Positions 1 to 9,908 are shown, counted from the first letter of the stretch. The stretch is DNA of 64,000 bases from Phycisphaeraceae bacterium (GCA_040905565.1 JBBDRF010000092.1:32001-96000), one strand, 5' to 3'. The notes: generated from the sequence alone by a model not told the origin. Numbers and translations are program-made.

Positions 1-1
1 G

Positions 2-667
2 TGGTCGGCGGAGCTGATTGCGCGGAGTATCGATCGGTCGCTGACGCTTTTGCGAACGGATCACCTCGACATCATGCTGCTGCATTCGTGCGACCTGGCG
101 GTGCTTAAGCAGGGCGAAGCGCTGGAGGCGCTGCGGCAGGCACGCGAGGCGGGGAAGGTGCGGCATATCGGGTATTCGGGCGACAACGAAGCGGCGGCTT
201 ACGCGGCGGGGCTTGAAGATGTGGAGATCATCCAGACGTCGGTGAGCATCTGCGATCAGACGAACATCGATCTGGTGCTGCCTGTGGCGGAGGGGCGTAA
301 TCTGGGGGTGATTGCGAAGCGGCCGCTGGCGAACGCGGCGTGGAAGAATCTGGCGGAGCAGCCGGGCATGTACGCCCATTATGCGGCTGAGTACAACCGT
401 CGGCTTCGGCGGATGAATCTGACGCCGAGCGATTTGGGGTTTGATGACGGGACGGGGGCGGCGTGGCTTGAGATGTCGCTGAGGTTCACGCTGTCGCAGC
501 CGCAGGTGCACGCGGCGATCGTGGGGACGACGTGCATCGATCATCTCGAAGCGAACGTTTATGCGGCTGGGCTGGGAGCGCTGCCACCGATCGCGGTGCA
601 GAAGGTGCGCAACGCGTTTCATCGTGCTCAGAACGGGGCGGGGTACGGGTGGGTGGCGCAGACGTAG
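2..667 (+). CDS. Aldo/keto reductase family oxidoreductase (5'-truncated by window edge)
   Basis: Frame is open from base 2 (WSAELIARSIDRSLTLLRTDHLDIMLLHS); AKR motifs 'SL..LRTDHLDIMLLH', 'GKVRHIGYS', 'GVIAKRPLA', 'IVGTT..HL..N'. Confidence 0.85.
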   Translation, partial: WSAELIARSIDRSLTLLRTDHLDIMLLHSCDLAVLKQGEALEALRQAREAGKVRHIGYSGDNEAAAYAAGLEDVEIIQTSVSICDQTNIDLVLPVAEGRNLGVIAKRPLANAAWKNLAEQPGMYAHYAAEYNRRLRRMNLTPSDLGFDDGTGAAWLEMSLRFTLSQPQVHAAIVGTTCIDHLEANVYAAGLGALPPIAVQKVRNAFHRAQNGAGYGWVAQT

Positions 668-678
668 GGGCGGGGGGA

Positions 679-763
679 AATGCTCAAATCTGAATGTTCA
701 ATGCTCAATGGCGGAAGGCGCGTGTTGAGCATTGAGCATTGAGCATTGGGGGCTTGAGCATTC
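679..763. repeat. Inverted arrays of 7-bp repeats (AATGCTC / GAGCATT) between convergent genes
   Basis: aatgctcaaatctgaatgttcaatgctcaatg (679-710) faces ttgagcattgagcattgagcattg...ttgagcattc (725-763); can fold into a hairpin. Confidence 0.8.
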
Positions 764-1619
764 AGCGCATGCGGTGCAGGGTGTCGGGGAGTTGTTGCAT
801 GAGTGCTTTGGCGGTGAGGCCGGCGTTGCCGTGGGCGGCGGCCCAGAGGTCGGCGGCGAGGCCGTGGAGGTGGACGGCCAGGGCGGCGGCTTCGTAAGCG
901 GGCATCTTCTGGGCAATGAGTGAGGCGATGAGGCCGGTGAGGACGTCGCCGCTGCCTGCGGTGGCGAGGGCGACGTTGCCGGTGGTGTTGTGATGCGTGC
1001 GATCGGCGTCGGCGACGATGGTGCGGCTGCCCTTGAGAACGACAACGGCGTAATGATGGGCGGCGAGGGCCTGGGCGGCCTGCGGGCGCTGAGCGGGATC
1101 GGTGCCGCTGAGCGTGATGCCGGCGGCGTCGGCGAGGCGTTGGTATTCGCCGGGGTGCGGGGTGAGGACGGTGGGGGCGTCGCGGCGGATCGGCTGAGTT
1201 TGGGCGGCGAGCGTGTTCAGGGCGTCGGCATCGAGCACGGCGGGGCGGTCGGTCTGCAGCAGGCGGGCGAGCAGTTGCGTCTGGTGATCGCCTGTGCCGA
1301 GACCGGGACCGACGGCGAGAACGGTGCGGGCATCGAACTGGGCGGCGAAGGCCTCGAAATCGGCGGGATCGTCGGGGAGGATCATGCCCGTGGCGGAGGG
1401 TTCGATGGTGAGGCAGAACGGGAGGATGGCGGCATGCGTGGCGATCTTGCACAGGCCCGCGCCGCTGCGGAGCGCGGAGCCGGCGGCGAGGGCGGGAGCG
1501 CCGAGCATGGTGGGCGAGCCGCCGACGACGATCACGGTGCCGAACGTGCCTTTGTGACCATCAGCTGGACGCTGCGGGAGTGCGGGCAGCGTCGGGGGCA
1601 AGGTGGGGGGGGTGGGCAT
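762..1619 (-). CDS. nnrD: ADP-dependent NAD(P)H-hydrate dehydratase
   Basis: HKGTFG, GGSxxMxGAP, GPGLG, DADAL, LTPHPGE, VLKG, LATAGSGDVLTG motifs. Confidence 0.95.
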   Translation of the reverse strand: MPTPPTLPPTLPALPQRPADGHKGTFGTVIVVGGSPTMLGAPALAAGSALRSGAGLCKIATHAAILPFCLTIEPSATGMILPDDPADFEAFAAQFDARTVLAVGPGLGTGDHQTQLLARLLQTDRPAVLDADALNTLAAQTQPIRRDAPTVLTPHPGEYQRLADAAGITLSGTDPAQRPQAAQALAAHHYAVVVLKGSRTIVADADRTHHNTTGNVALATAGSGDVLTGLIASLIAQKMPAYEAAALAVHLHGLAADLWAAAHGNAGLTAKALMQQLPDTLHRMR

Positions 1620-2371
1620 CAGGTGGTTTCCCGTTGGATGAGTGTGGCGATGTAGGCGGCCCCGAAACCGTTGTCGATGTTAACAACGCTGACGCCCGCG
1701 GCGCAGCTGGTGAGCATGCCGAGCAGGGCGGTGACGCCTGCGAAGGCGGCGCCGTAGCCGACGCTGGTGGGGACGGCGATGACGGGAACGCTGACGAGAC
1801 CACCGACGACGCTGGGGAGGGCGCCTTCCATGCCGGCAATGCAGATGATGACGCGCGTGGGGCCGAGGTCGTCGAGGCGGCGGATCAGCCGGGCGAGGCC
1901 TGCGACGCCGACGTCGTTGATGCGGTGGACCGGCTGGGCGAGGGCGAGGCAGGTGAGTTCGGCTTCGTCGGCCACGGCTTCGTCGGAGGTGCCGGCCGTG
2001 ATGATCGGGATCGGCTGGGCGGTGGGGGGCGGCGGCGTAGGGCGGCCGACGAGAAGCGTGCGGCTGCGGGAATCGGTCTGGACATCGGCGAAGGCATGCG
2101 TCACGGCTTCGTGGTGGGCGGGATTCGCGCGCGTGATCAGGGCGTGGCCGCTGCGGTCGATCAGGGCGTGGGCGATGGTGACGACCTGCTCGGGCGTTTT
2201 GCCCTCGGCGTAGATGACCTCGGGCACGCCGCAACGGCGGTGGCGGTGATGGTCGAGCGTGGCGAAACCGAGCGGCTGCTGCGCGAGATCGTGGAGGCGA
2301 CGGGCGGCATCCTCGACCCCGACCTCGCCTGCGGCCACCTGCTGAAGGATCTGCTCGAAAGGATCACCCAT
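1619..2371 (-). CDS. larB: Nickel-pincer cofactor biosynthesis protein LarB (PurE/AIR-carboxylase-like)
   Basis: DHHRHRRCGVPEVIYAEGKT, AGTSD, DVGVAGL, AGMEGALPSVVGG, PTSVGYGA, VNIDNGFGAA; ATG at 2371; TGA overlaps the nnrD ATG. Confidence 0.93.
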   Translation of the reverse strand: MGDPFEQILQQVAAGEVGVEDAARRLHDLAQQPLGFATLDHHRHRRCGVPEVIYAEGKTPEQVVTIAHALIDRSGHALITRANPAHHEAVTHAFADVQTDSRSRTLLVGRPTPPPPTAQPIPIITAGTSDEAVADEAELTCLALAQPVHRINDVGVAGLARLIRRLDDLGPTRVIICIAGMEGALPSVVGGLVSVPVIAVPTSVGYGAAFAGVTALLGMLTSCAAGVSVVNIDNGFGAAYIATLIQRETT

Positions 2372-2377
2372 CGGCGC

Positions 2378-2383
2378 ATTATA
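2378..2383 (-). promoter_or_regulatory. Perfect -10 box (TATAAT) 6 nt upstream of larB ATG; probable leaderless transcript
   Basis: Minus strand reads gcgtTATAATgcgccgATG; no SD. Confidence 0.65.
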
Positions 2384-2486
2384 ACGCAGCCGATTGCACG
2401 CTTTCCGAGATCGGCACAAACCCAACAGCGGCGGACGACGTAACAGACTAAGATTTTCAGCAACACACCCGCGAGCGGAGCAAATC

Positions 2487-2996
2487 ATGGCAGACGATAA
2501 ACACGAGACCAACGCCCCGACCAACCCGAGACGACACGGGCCGTTGCGACACGCACAGTGGGTGATGCTGGTGATCCTGGTCGGCGTGATCGTATTGCAG
2601 TGGCCGATCTATCGCAGCATCGGCATGGGCCTGCTGAACATCGATCCACCTGACGACGGCATCGGTTGGCGTACGGATTTCGCCGCCGCGCAGGTCGAAG
2701 CGGCGGAGACCGGCAAGCCGTTGCTGGTGAACTTCACCGCCGACTGGTGCGGGCCCTGCGTGGCGATGAAGCGCGACGTCTGGCCACGTGATTCGGTGGG
2801 TGAACTGATCGCCGCGGGGTACGTCCCGGTTCGGCTGGACATCGATCTGATCGAAGGCAAAAGCGTCGGGGCAGAATACGACGTGCGGGCGATTCCGACG
2901 ACGATCGTGATGGATGCTGAGGGGCAGGAGATTGAACGGGCGAACTACCTCTCCCGCCGCGGCATGGAAGAGTTTCTGCAGCGGCTAAGCGGGTAG
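2487..2996 (+). CDS. Membrane-anchored thioredoxin-family protein
   Basis: N-terminal TM helix; FTADWCGPC active site; cis-Pro motif AIPT. Confidence 0.88.
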   Translation: MADDKHETNAPTNPRRHGPLRHAQWVMLVILVGVIVLQWPIYRSIGMGLLNIDPPDDGIGWRTDFAAAQVEAAETGKPLLVNFTADWCGPCVAMKRDVWPRDSVGELIAAGYVPVRLDIDLIEGKSVGAEYDVRAIPTTIVMDAEGQEIERANYLSRRGMEEFLQRLSG

Positions 2997-3262
2997 AGAC
3001 GAGATTTGAGCGCGCCCGTCGGGAGGCGGCGTCGGGCGCTGGGGGGCGTAGGGCGCATGGGTGCCGCACAGCGTCCCGCAGGGTGGTGTGTGCGAACAGC
3101 GTGAGTTTATCGCTCGGCTGATGAACCAAAGTTCAGCCATGGCGGTAGCGTCATGGCATGATATATTTCATGGCCGACCAGTACGCAGCACGCGCTTTGG
3201 GGTGCTCCGTGGCCCCCGGCAAGCCCGATCACTTCGATATTCTTTGACGGCCTGTGGCGACC

Positions 3263-3760
3263 ATGAGCGATCTAAGCAGATCTTTAGTGAAGCGATTTTA
3301 TGTGTTCCTAGCTGTACTGGCTGTACTGGGGCTATTTGCTGCTAGCTCCATATACCTCTTTCCCAAAGAGCCCGCATTGTTTGCGTTTCCCAAGACTGGA
3401 ATTGCAGCGAGCTACACGCCTGCTGTGCCCCACGTCACCAATCCTGATGGATCTACGGTGTGGATAGATATGCGGGCGAATATGGTGGCCATCGTCGATG
3501 CCCCGGACGGAAAGACGGATGGGGCGGATTGGGAAACCGTAGGACATGACTTCATCCAGTTTCATGATGGCAGACGGATCGAGCGATCGGAAGATACGCT
3601 GTTGTTTGTCGACGCTGCCGATCAGCAGAGAGTGAAGCGCTCCTTGAGGCCAGGCGACGCAGAGTGGCTTTACGTTGAAATCCTCAGGAGAAACCTTTAC
3701 GAGATGGCAAACGCTCGGGCGGCGGTGTTGAGCCTGCTTGATGAACGCCCTCAGGATTAG
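3263..3760 (+). CDS. Hypothetical membrane-anchored protein, visibly lower GC than neighbours
   Basis: Open frame with hydrophobic N-terminal helix (FYVFLAVLAVLGLFAASSIYLF); no family recognised. Confidence 0.55.
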   Translation: MSDLSRSLVKRFYVFLAVLAVLGLFAASSIYLFPKEPALFAFPKTGIAASYTPAVPHVTNPDGSTVWIDMRANMVAIVDAPDGKTDGADWETVGHDFIQFHDGRRIERSEDTLLFVDAADQQRVKRSLRPGDAEWLYVEILRRNLYEMANARAAVLSLLDERPQD

Positions 3761-3886
3761 CAAGTAGTGTCATGTAGCCGAAGCGAAACCTACCACGGAG
3801 CTAAGCGGTGGGCCGGGGTGGGGAGGCATCTGGGCTAGTATGCATTAGGCAGTCGGCACTGATTATTTGGGGGGGGGAGAGGGGAA

Positions 3887-4312
3887 TTAGATCGTGCCGG
3901 ACCAGTCGGGGGGGTAGCAGAGGACGGGGACGCGGGATTGGCGGATGATCTGTTGGGGGATGTCGCCGGCTAGCAGGCGTGCCATGCGTCCTTTGCCGCT
4001 GAGGCCGAGCACGATGAGCGTGGCTTGCTGTTCGTCGGAGGCGTTGAGGATCGCCCGGCCGACATCATCACCATATAGCAGCAGTTTCTCGGAGGGGAGG
4101 TTCGCGTTGTCCAGTCGATCGGTGAGGGATTGGAGCGTGCGTTCGCCGCGCTGGCGCGTCTCCTCCGCAGAGTCGTCTTCCTCGGTGGGACGGGCGACGT
4201 GAGCGACGATCACGGACGCTTCGAGACGATCGGCAAGATCCTCGATCGTCGCGCACAGCTTATCGCTGGCCCAGGGCGTAGAAACGGCTACAAGGATTCG
4301 GCTGCCCGCCAC
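3887..4312 (-). CDS. Universal stress protein (UspA family)
   Basis: RILVAVS...VAHV...GDDVGRAIL...LIVLG.SG...IIRQSRVPVL. Confidence 0.88.
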   Translation of the reverse strand: MAGSRILVAVSTPWASDKLCATIEDLADRLEASVIVAHVARPTEEDDSAEETRQRGERTLQSLTDRLDNANLPSEKLLLYGDDVGRAILNASDEQQATLIVLGLSGKGRMARLLAGDIPQQIIRQSRVPVLCYPPDWSGTI

Positions 4313-4385
4313 GTGTGACTCCGGAGGTAAAGCTCTGAGAAAGCGCCCGCAGATATTCTAACGCGGTAGCCATAACTTTGTGGCG

Positions 4386-5966
4386 TTATTCAGCATGGGC
4401 GGTGCTGGGTTCTTCCAGCGACTCAGCCTGAACGGGCGCGGCCCGCTCGGCGGTCAGGAATCCGGTCACCGCATTCTGAGAAGCGCTGATCAGCGGGGCC
4501 GCGAGCAGCGAGAGCGCGACAACGGCAATCGCGGAAGTCGCGGCGGCCGAGGCACGCCAGGGCAGATGCGCCATCTCGGGGGGGCTGTCGGTCGGGGCAT
4601 CGAGGTAGCAGACCTTGATGATGCGGAGGTAGTAAAACGCCCCGATGACCGAGGCGATCAAGGCAAGCACGGCGAGCCAGGCGAAGCCGGCGCTGATGGC
4701 GGCACCGAAGAGGAAAACCTTGCCCCAGAAGCCGACGAGCGGGGGAATGCCCGCAAGACTGAGCACGCAGATGGCCATCACGGCGGCCATCGCGGGGCGG
4801 CGGCCGGCGAGACCCTTGAGATCATCAAAGGTTTCGGCTTCTTCGCCCTGGCGCTTGAGCAGGCCCAGCACCGCGAAGGGGCCGAGGTTCATCGCACCGT
4901 AGGCGACGAGGTAGAAAAGGATGGCGGCAATGCCGTCGCGCGCGGGCCAGGCGCCCTCGGCGATGAGGACGGGGCCCGCGATGAGGCCGAGGATCATGTA
5001 GCCCGAGTGGGCCATCCATGAATAGGCGAGCACACGCTTCACGCTGGTCTGCAGGAGGGCGAGGATGTTGCCGGTGAACATGGTAATCACGGCGATGCCC
5101 GCCAGCAGATAGATGACGCTGGGGGCGTATTCGACACCGGGCCAGCCGGCTGCGTCCATGATGAGGATGAGCGCGGCGAAACCTGCAATCTTCGGGGTAA
5201 AGGCGACAAAGTTCGTCACCGGCAGCGACGCACCCTGGTAGACGTCGGCAAGGTAGAAGTGCATCGGGAATGCGGCGACTTTGAAGCACAGGCCGATGAT
5301 GGAGAACACCAGGCCGACGATCGCGAAGGTGTTAAGCCCTTCCTCAACGAAGACAGTTTGCATGGCGGCAAAGTCGGTCGTGCCGGCTGCGCCGTAGAGC
5401 ATCGCGAAGCCGTAGAGGAAGATCGCGGTGGCGAACGCGCCGAGGAAGAAGTACTTCACGCCCGCTTCGGAAGCCTTGGGCGACTGACGGCTGGTGACAA
5501 CCATCACGTAGAGCGGCAGGCTGGTGAGTTCGAGCGAGAGGAAGAGCCAGACGAGGTTGTCGGCTCCGGCGCAGAGCATGGCCCCGGCGAGCGAGAGCAG
5601 GAAGAAACCGTAGAACTCACCACGGGAGGTGTCGGACGGATCGAACTTGTCGTCGCGGTTTGGGTCGGTTTGCTCGTCGTGCATTTCGACGACCACGAAC
5701 AGCAGGATAAGCCCGATGACGCCGACGGCGATCTTGATGTACAGCGCGATCGGGGAGAGTTGCACGATGCCCATCGCGGGGCTGAGTGCGGCGAGGAGCG
5801 TGGCAAGGATGAGCGCGCCGCCGCTGATGTAGAAGGTGGCGCGGCGGACGAACTGGGAGCCGCTGATGCCCATGATCATCGTGGTGAAGGCGGCGAGCAT
5901 CAGGACGATTTCAGGCCAGAGGGTCTGAAGTTTGAGCGCCATTTCCGTGGGGCCTTCGGGGGTCAT
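4386..5966 (-). CDS. nuoN: NADH-quinone oxidoreductase subunit N
   Basis: LELTSLPLY, SEAGVKYF, FKVAAFPMHF, KRVLAYS..AH.GY, SLAGIPPLVGF; last gene of nuoJKLMN. Confidence 0.95.
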   Translation of the reverse strand: MTPEGPTEMALKLQTLWPEIVLMLAAFTTMIMGISGSQFVRRATFYISGGALILATLLAALSPAMGIVQLSPIALYIKIAVGVIGLILLFVVVEMHDEQTDPNRDDKFDPSDTSRGEFYGFFLLSLAGAMLCAGADNLVWLFLSLELTSLPLYVMVVTSRQSPKASEAGVKYFFLGAFATAIFLYGFAMLYGAAGTTDFAAMQTVFVEEGLNTFAIVGLVFSIIGLCFKVAAFPMHFYLADVYQGASLPVTNFVAFTPKIAGFAALILIMDAAGWPGVEYAPSVIYLLAGIAVITMFTGNILALLQTSVKRVLAYSWMAHSGYMILGLIAGPVLIAEGAWPARDGIAAILFYLVAYGAMNLGPFAVLGLLKRQGEEAETFDDLKGLAGRRPAMAAVMAICVLSLAGIPPLVGFWGKVFLFGAAISAGFAWLAVLALIASVIGAFYYLRIIKVCYLDAPTDSPPEMAHLPWRASAAATSAIAVVALSLLAAPLISASQNAVTGFLTAERAAPVQAESLEEPSTAHAE

Positions 5967-7747
5967 CGTGACTCCTCCTCGCCGACGCGCAAGGCGTGAG
6001 CGGCGGTCGTTGCATGCAGTGAAGATCGGCTGGCGAGCGGGATAGGCGCCTCAGCATCGTGTAGCTGAGCGCGGGGCTCGGCGGCAGCGGGGATGGTCGT
6101 TTGGAGCGGGTCCGCGGGTTGCTCGGTGACCGCGGGTGCCTCGGTCTCGTCGGGATTGCGTTCGGCAATCACCTGCTGAGCGGCGGCGGTGATGTTGTCG
6201 ATGGTCGGCTCGAAGCTCTGCAGCATCGGCGTGGGGTAGAGGCCCAGCACGAGGCAGAGGACAGCGAGCGGAGCGAGCGTGGCGATTTCACGCGTGTTCA
6301 GATCCTGCGGGTTCGGCTCGGCCCCCTGCTCCTCGGTGGGGACACCGACGGGCCCGAAGACGACCTTGTTGACCATGTAGAGGATGTAGATGGCAGCGAG
6401 GATGACGCCGAGCGTGGCGAAGATCGCGAAGGGGATGCCGAGGACATCGGTGGCGGTGAAGGCACCGAGGATGGTCAGGAATTCGCCGACGAAGCCGTTG
6501 AGGCCCGGCAGGCCGACCGACGCGAGGCAGAAGAAGACGAAGAAGAAGGACCAGATCGGCAGGCGTTTGCCGAGGCCCGAGTAGGCCGCCAGTTCGCGGG
6601 TGTGGAAGCGGGAGTAGATCATGCCGACGCAGAGGAAGAGGGCGCCGGTGGCGAGGCCGTGGTTGATCATGTAGATGATGGACCCGCCGACGCCTGCGGC
6701 GTTGAGGGCGACGAGGCCGAGGACGCAGAAGCCCATGTGGGAGACGGAGGAGTAGGCGACGAGCTTCTTCATATCCGTCTGCACCCAGCAGATGAGGGCG
6801 GCATAGAGGATGGCGATGATGGCGAAGATGGCGATGTAGGGGGCGAAGGTGACGATGGCTTCGGGTGCCATGGGCAGTGCGAAGCGGAGCAGGCCGTAGG
6901 AGCCAAGCTTGAGGAGGACGCCCGCGAGGATGACCGAGCCGGCGGTCGGGGCTTCGGTGTGCGCCAGCGGCAGCCAGGTGTGGACGGGGAAGAGGGGGAC
7001 CTTGACGGAGAAGCCGATGAGCAGGCCCATGAGGACCCAGCCCTGCTCGACGGGCGACATCTGCCCGGAGACGGCGACGAGCTGCGGGATGGAGAAGGTC
7101 CATTCGCCGGTGAGACCTGCGTGGAAGTAGGCGACGTAGAGGACGGCGACGAGCGTGAAGATCGAGCCGGCGAGGGTGAAGACGAAGAACTTGGTCGCGG
7201 CGAAGATGCGGTTGCCCGAGCCGAAGATCCCGATGAGGAAGAACAGGGGGATCAGCGTCATCTCGAAGAAGACGTAGAAGAGGATGAGGTCCATCGCGCT
7301 GAAGACGCCGACGAGCGCGGTCTGGAGGACCAGCAGCCAGACGAAGTATTCCTTCACGCGGTGCTTGATGTCGTGCCACGTGCCGAGGATGGTCAGCGGC
7401 AGCAGCAGGGCGGCCAGGACGATGAGCCAAACGCTGACGGCGTCGGCACCGAAGCGGAAGCCGATGCCCAGGCCTTCCATCCAGGGGGTGTAGCTGGCGA
7501 ACTGAAAGGCTCCGGCGTTGCTCCAGTCGAAGCGGACGAGCATGAGCATCGCCAGGGCGAAGCCGAGCACGCTGGACCACAGGGCGACGGCACGCACGGT
7601 GGCGGGGCGGTCGGCGGGGATGAACAGCGCGATGGCAAGGGCGCTGAGCAGGGGGATCAGCACCATCAGCGGCAAGAGCCAGGCGGAGGCGGTGGTGGTC
7701 TCGCCGGCCGCTGCGAGCGTCGGGATGAAGGGGATCAGGTTTGTCAT
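5963..7747 (-). CDS. nuoM: NADH-quinone oxidoreductase subunit M
   Basis: FYVFFEMTLIP, VKVPLFPVHTWLPLAHTEAPTAGSVILAGVLLKLG, DMKKLVAYSSVSHMG. Confidence 0.96.
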   Translation of the reverse strand: MTNLIPFIPTLAAAGETTTASAWLLPLMVLIPLLSALAIALFIPADRPATVRAVALWSSVLGFALAMLMLVRFDWSNAGAFQFASYTPWMEGLGIGFRFGADAVSVWLIVLAALLLPLTILGTWHDIKHRVKEYFVWLLVLQTALVGVFSAMDLILFYVFFEMTLIPLFFLIGIFGSGNRIFAATKFFVFTLAGSIFTLVAVLYVAYFHAGLTGEWTFSIPQLVAVSGQMSPVEQGWVLMGLLIGFSVKVPLFPVHTWLPLAHTEAPTAGSVILAGVLLKLGSYGLLRFALPMAPEAIVTFAPYIAIFAIIAILYAALICWVQTDMKKLVAYSSVSHMGFCVLGLVALNAAGVGGSIIYMINHGLATGALFLCVGMIYSRFHTRELAAYSGLGKRLPIWSFFFVFFCLASVGLPGLNGFVGEFLTILGAFTATDVLGIPFAIFATLGVILAAIYILYMVNKVVFGPVGVPTEEQGAEPNPQDLNTREIATLAPLAVLCLVLGLYPTPMLQSFEPTIDNITAAAQQVIAERNPDETEAPAVTEQPADPLQTTIPAAAEPRAQLHDAEAPIPLASRSSLHATTAAHALRVGEEESR

Positions 7748-9861
7748 GATGCAGCCATTGCTTTCCAGGTGGCGACGACGAACAGCAGGAGCACGGCGAG
7801 GCCGACCGCCATCTGGAGGGCGTAGCCGTGGAGGGCGCCGCGCTGCGTTTCACGCAGGGGCCAGGCGAGTGCTCGGGGGATGATGGCGATGATGGTGACG
7901 ATGCCGTCGACGACGAAACGGTCGATCTGGTAGGCCACCCACGCGAGGCCGTGAAGCGGGCGGACGATGCAGAAATCGTAGAGTTCGTCGACGTAGTACT
8001 TGCGGTTGAAGAGCGTGACCAGCGGCGCGAACATGGAGGCGACGGTGTCGGCGAGGTCGCGACGTTTGAGGTGGAACAGGTAGGCCAGGGCGATGCCGGC
8101 GATGGCCGCGATGATACTTGAGATCATGGCGGTGTTGTGGGCGACGTGGTGGTCGTGGTGGTACTGCTCGACGGTGGTGTTGAATGCCGCGGCGATATTC
8201 GCATCGGGCACAGCGGCTGTGGAGCCGTTGACCATGGCGGCCATGAAACCGGTGTAGTAGAGCAGGCCGCCGACGAACAGGGCACCGAGGGCGAGGACCA
8301 CGAGGGGGCCGTTCATCAGCCAGGGCATTTCGTGAGGCTCAGCGTGATGGTCGTGAGCGGGCGCGTGCTGCGGCTGAGCGGCGGCCTGAGGTTCTGCGGT
8401 GGTGTGATCGTGGGCGGTGTGCTCATCCATCGGGTAGCCGTGGTGCTCGTTGCCCATTTCGTACTTGGTTTCGCCGAGGAAGACGCGGAACCAGAGGCGG
8501 AAAGTGTAGAAGGCGGTGAGGAAGGCGGTGAAGATGGCGATCCAGCCGAGGATGGGATAGGCGGCCAGCGCGTCGGCGAGGATGGTGTCTTTGGAGTAGA
8601 AGCCTGCGGTGAAGGGGAAGCCGGCGAGGGCGAGGCAGCCGATGAACATCAGCCAGCCGGTAACGGGCATGACGCGGATGAGGCCGCTCATCTTGCGGAG
8701 GTCGAGCTGACCGGCGAGGGCGTGCATCACGGAGCCGGCGGTGAGGAAGAGCAGGGCTTTGAAGAAGGCGTGGGTGGTGAGATGGAAGACGGCCCCGACG
8801 GTGCCGAGGACGCCGACGCCGAGGAACATGAAGCCGAGTTGGGAGACGGTGGAGTAGGCCCAGATGCGTTTGATGTCGTACTGGCACATGGCGATGGTGG
8901 CGGCGAAGAGGGCCGTCACGGCCCCGACGGTCGCGACCACGGGCAGGGCGTATTCAGAGAGCTGAAAGACGGGGATGAGGCGGGCGATCATGTAGACGCC
9001 GGCCGTCACCATCGTCGCCGCATGGATGAGCGCGGAGACGGGGGTCGGGCCTTCCATGGCGTCGGGCAGCCAGGTGTGCAGCGGAAGCTGAGCGGATTTG
9101 CCGAACGCGCCGAGCATCAGCAGGAACGGGATGGCTGAGAGCAGCAGCGTGTCCTGCCAGCCGGTGGCCTGCACGGCGGAGGCGCTGGAGGCGGACTGCA
9201 GGAAGCCGGTGCCGTCGACGTTCATGTACTGGACGGTGCCGAAGACCAGGAAGATGCCCATCAGCCCGAGCGCGAAACCGAAGTCACCCACGCGGTTGAC
9301 GATGAACGCCTTCTTCGCTGCGGCGGATGCGGAGGGCTTGCGGTAGTAGTAGCCGATGAGCAGGTAGGAAGCGGCACCCACGCCCTCCCAGCCGAGGTAG
9401 AGCAGAACGAGGTTGTCAGCCATCACCAGACTGGTCATCGCGAAGATGAACAGGTTGATGTAGGCGAAGAAGCGTGCGAAGCCCTCGTCGCCCTTCATGT
9501 AGCCGATGGCGTAGATGGCGATCAGCGTGCCGATGCCCGTGACGACGAAGAGCATGATGCTGGTGAGCGAGTCGATGAAGTAGCTGAAGTTCGCAGCAAA
9601 GTCGCCGATGTTAATCCACTGGAAGTAGTGGACGGTTTCGCCCTGCGTGGTGTCGGCCAGTCCGCCGTAGCGGAAGAAGACGACGCAACTGGTGAGGAAG
9701 GCGAGACCGATCGCCCCGACGGTGACCCAGCCGGCCGCTTCGCGCGCTTTGGGGGAGCGCAGGCAGGCGAGGATCCCACAGACGATCATCGCGAGGAAGG
9801 GGAGTGTGGGGATCCAGGTGGCGATCTGGAGCGGACTGTCTGTCGTGGCGAGAGTCGTCAT
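7744..9861 (-). CDS. nuoL: NADH-quinone oxidoreductase subunit L
   Basis: GWEGVGAASYLLIG, NRVGDFG, GKSAQLPLHTWLPDAMEGPTPVSALIHAATMVTAG, HAFFKALLF. Confidence 0.97.
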   Translation of the reverse strand: MTTLATTDSPLQIATWIPTLPFLAMIVCGILACLRSPKAREAAGWVTVGAIGLAFLTSCVVFFRYGGLADTTQGETVHYFQWINIGDFAANFSYFIDSLTSIMLFVVTGIGTLIAIYAIGYMKGDEGFARFFAYINLFIFAMTSLVMADNLVLLYLGWEGVGAASYLLIGYYYRKPSASAAAKKAFIVNRVGDFGFALGLMGIFLVFGTVQYMNVDGTGFLQSASSASAVQATGWQDTLLLSAIPFLLMLGAFGKSAQLPLHTWLPDAMEGPTPVSALIHAATMVTAGVYMIARLIPVFQLSEYALPVVATVGAVTALFAATIAMCQYDIKRIWAYSTVSQLGFMFLGVGVLGTVGAVFHLTTHAFFKALLFLTAGSVMHALAGQLDLRKMSGLIRVMPVTGWLMFIGCLALAGFPFTAGFYSKDTILADALAAYPILGWIAIFTAFLTAFYTFRLWFRVFLGETKYEMGNEHHGYPMDEHTAHDHTTAEPQAAAQPQHAPAHDHHAEPHEMPWLMNGPLVVLALGALFVGGLLYYTGFMAAMVNGSTAAVPDANIAAAFNTTVEQYHHDHHVAHNTAMISSIIAAIAGIALAYLFHLKRRDLADTVASMFAPLVTLFNRKYYVDELYDFCIVRPLHGLAWVAYQIDRFVVDGIVTIIAIIPRALAWPLRETQRGALHGYALQMAVGLAVLLLFVVATWKAMAAS

Positions 9862-9908
9862 GGGATGAACTCAACCTTGCAGGCTGGGTGAAGATTCGTT
9901 GGAAGCGG

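Noticed and set aside
6101..7853. Long antisense or alternative-frame ORFs over nuoM (similar cases over sat, purD, ubiD, clpX)
   Set aside because: Shadow ORFs expected from GC-rich codon bias; composition is Arg/Gly/Pro-rich with no family motifs.
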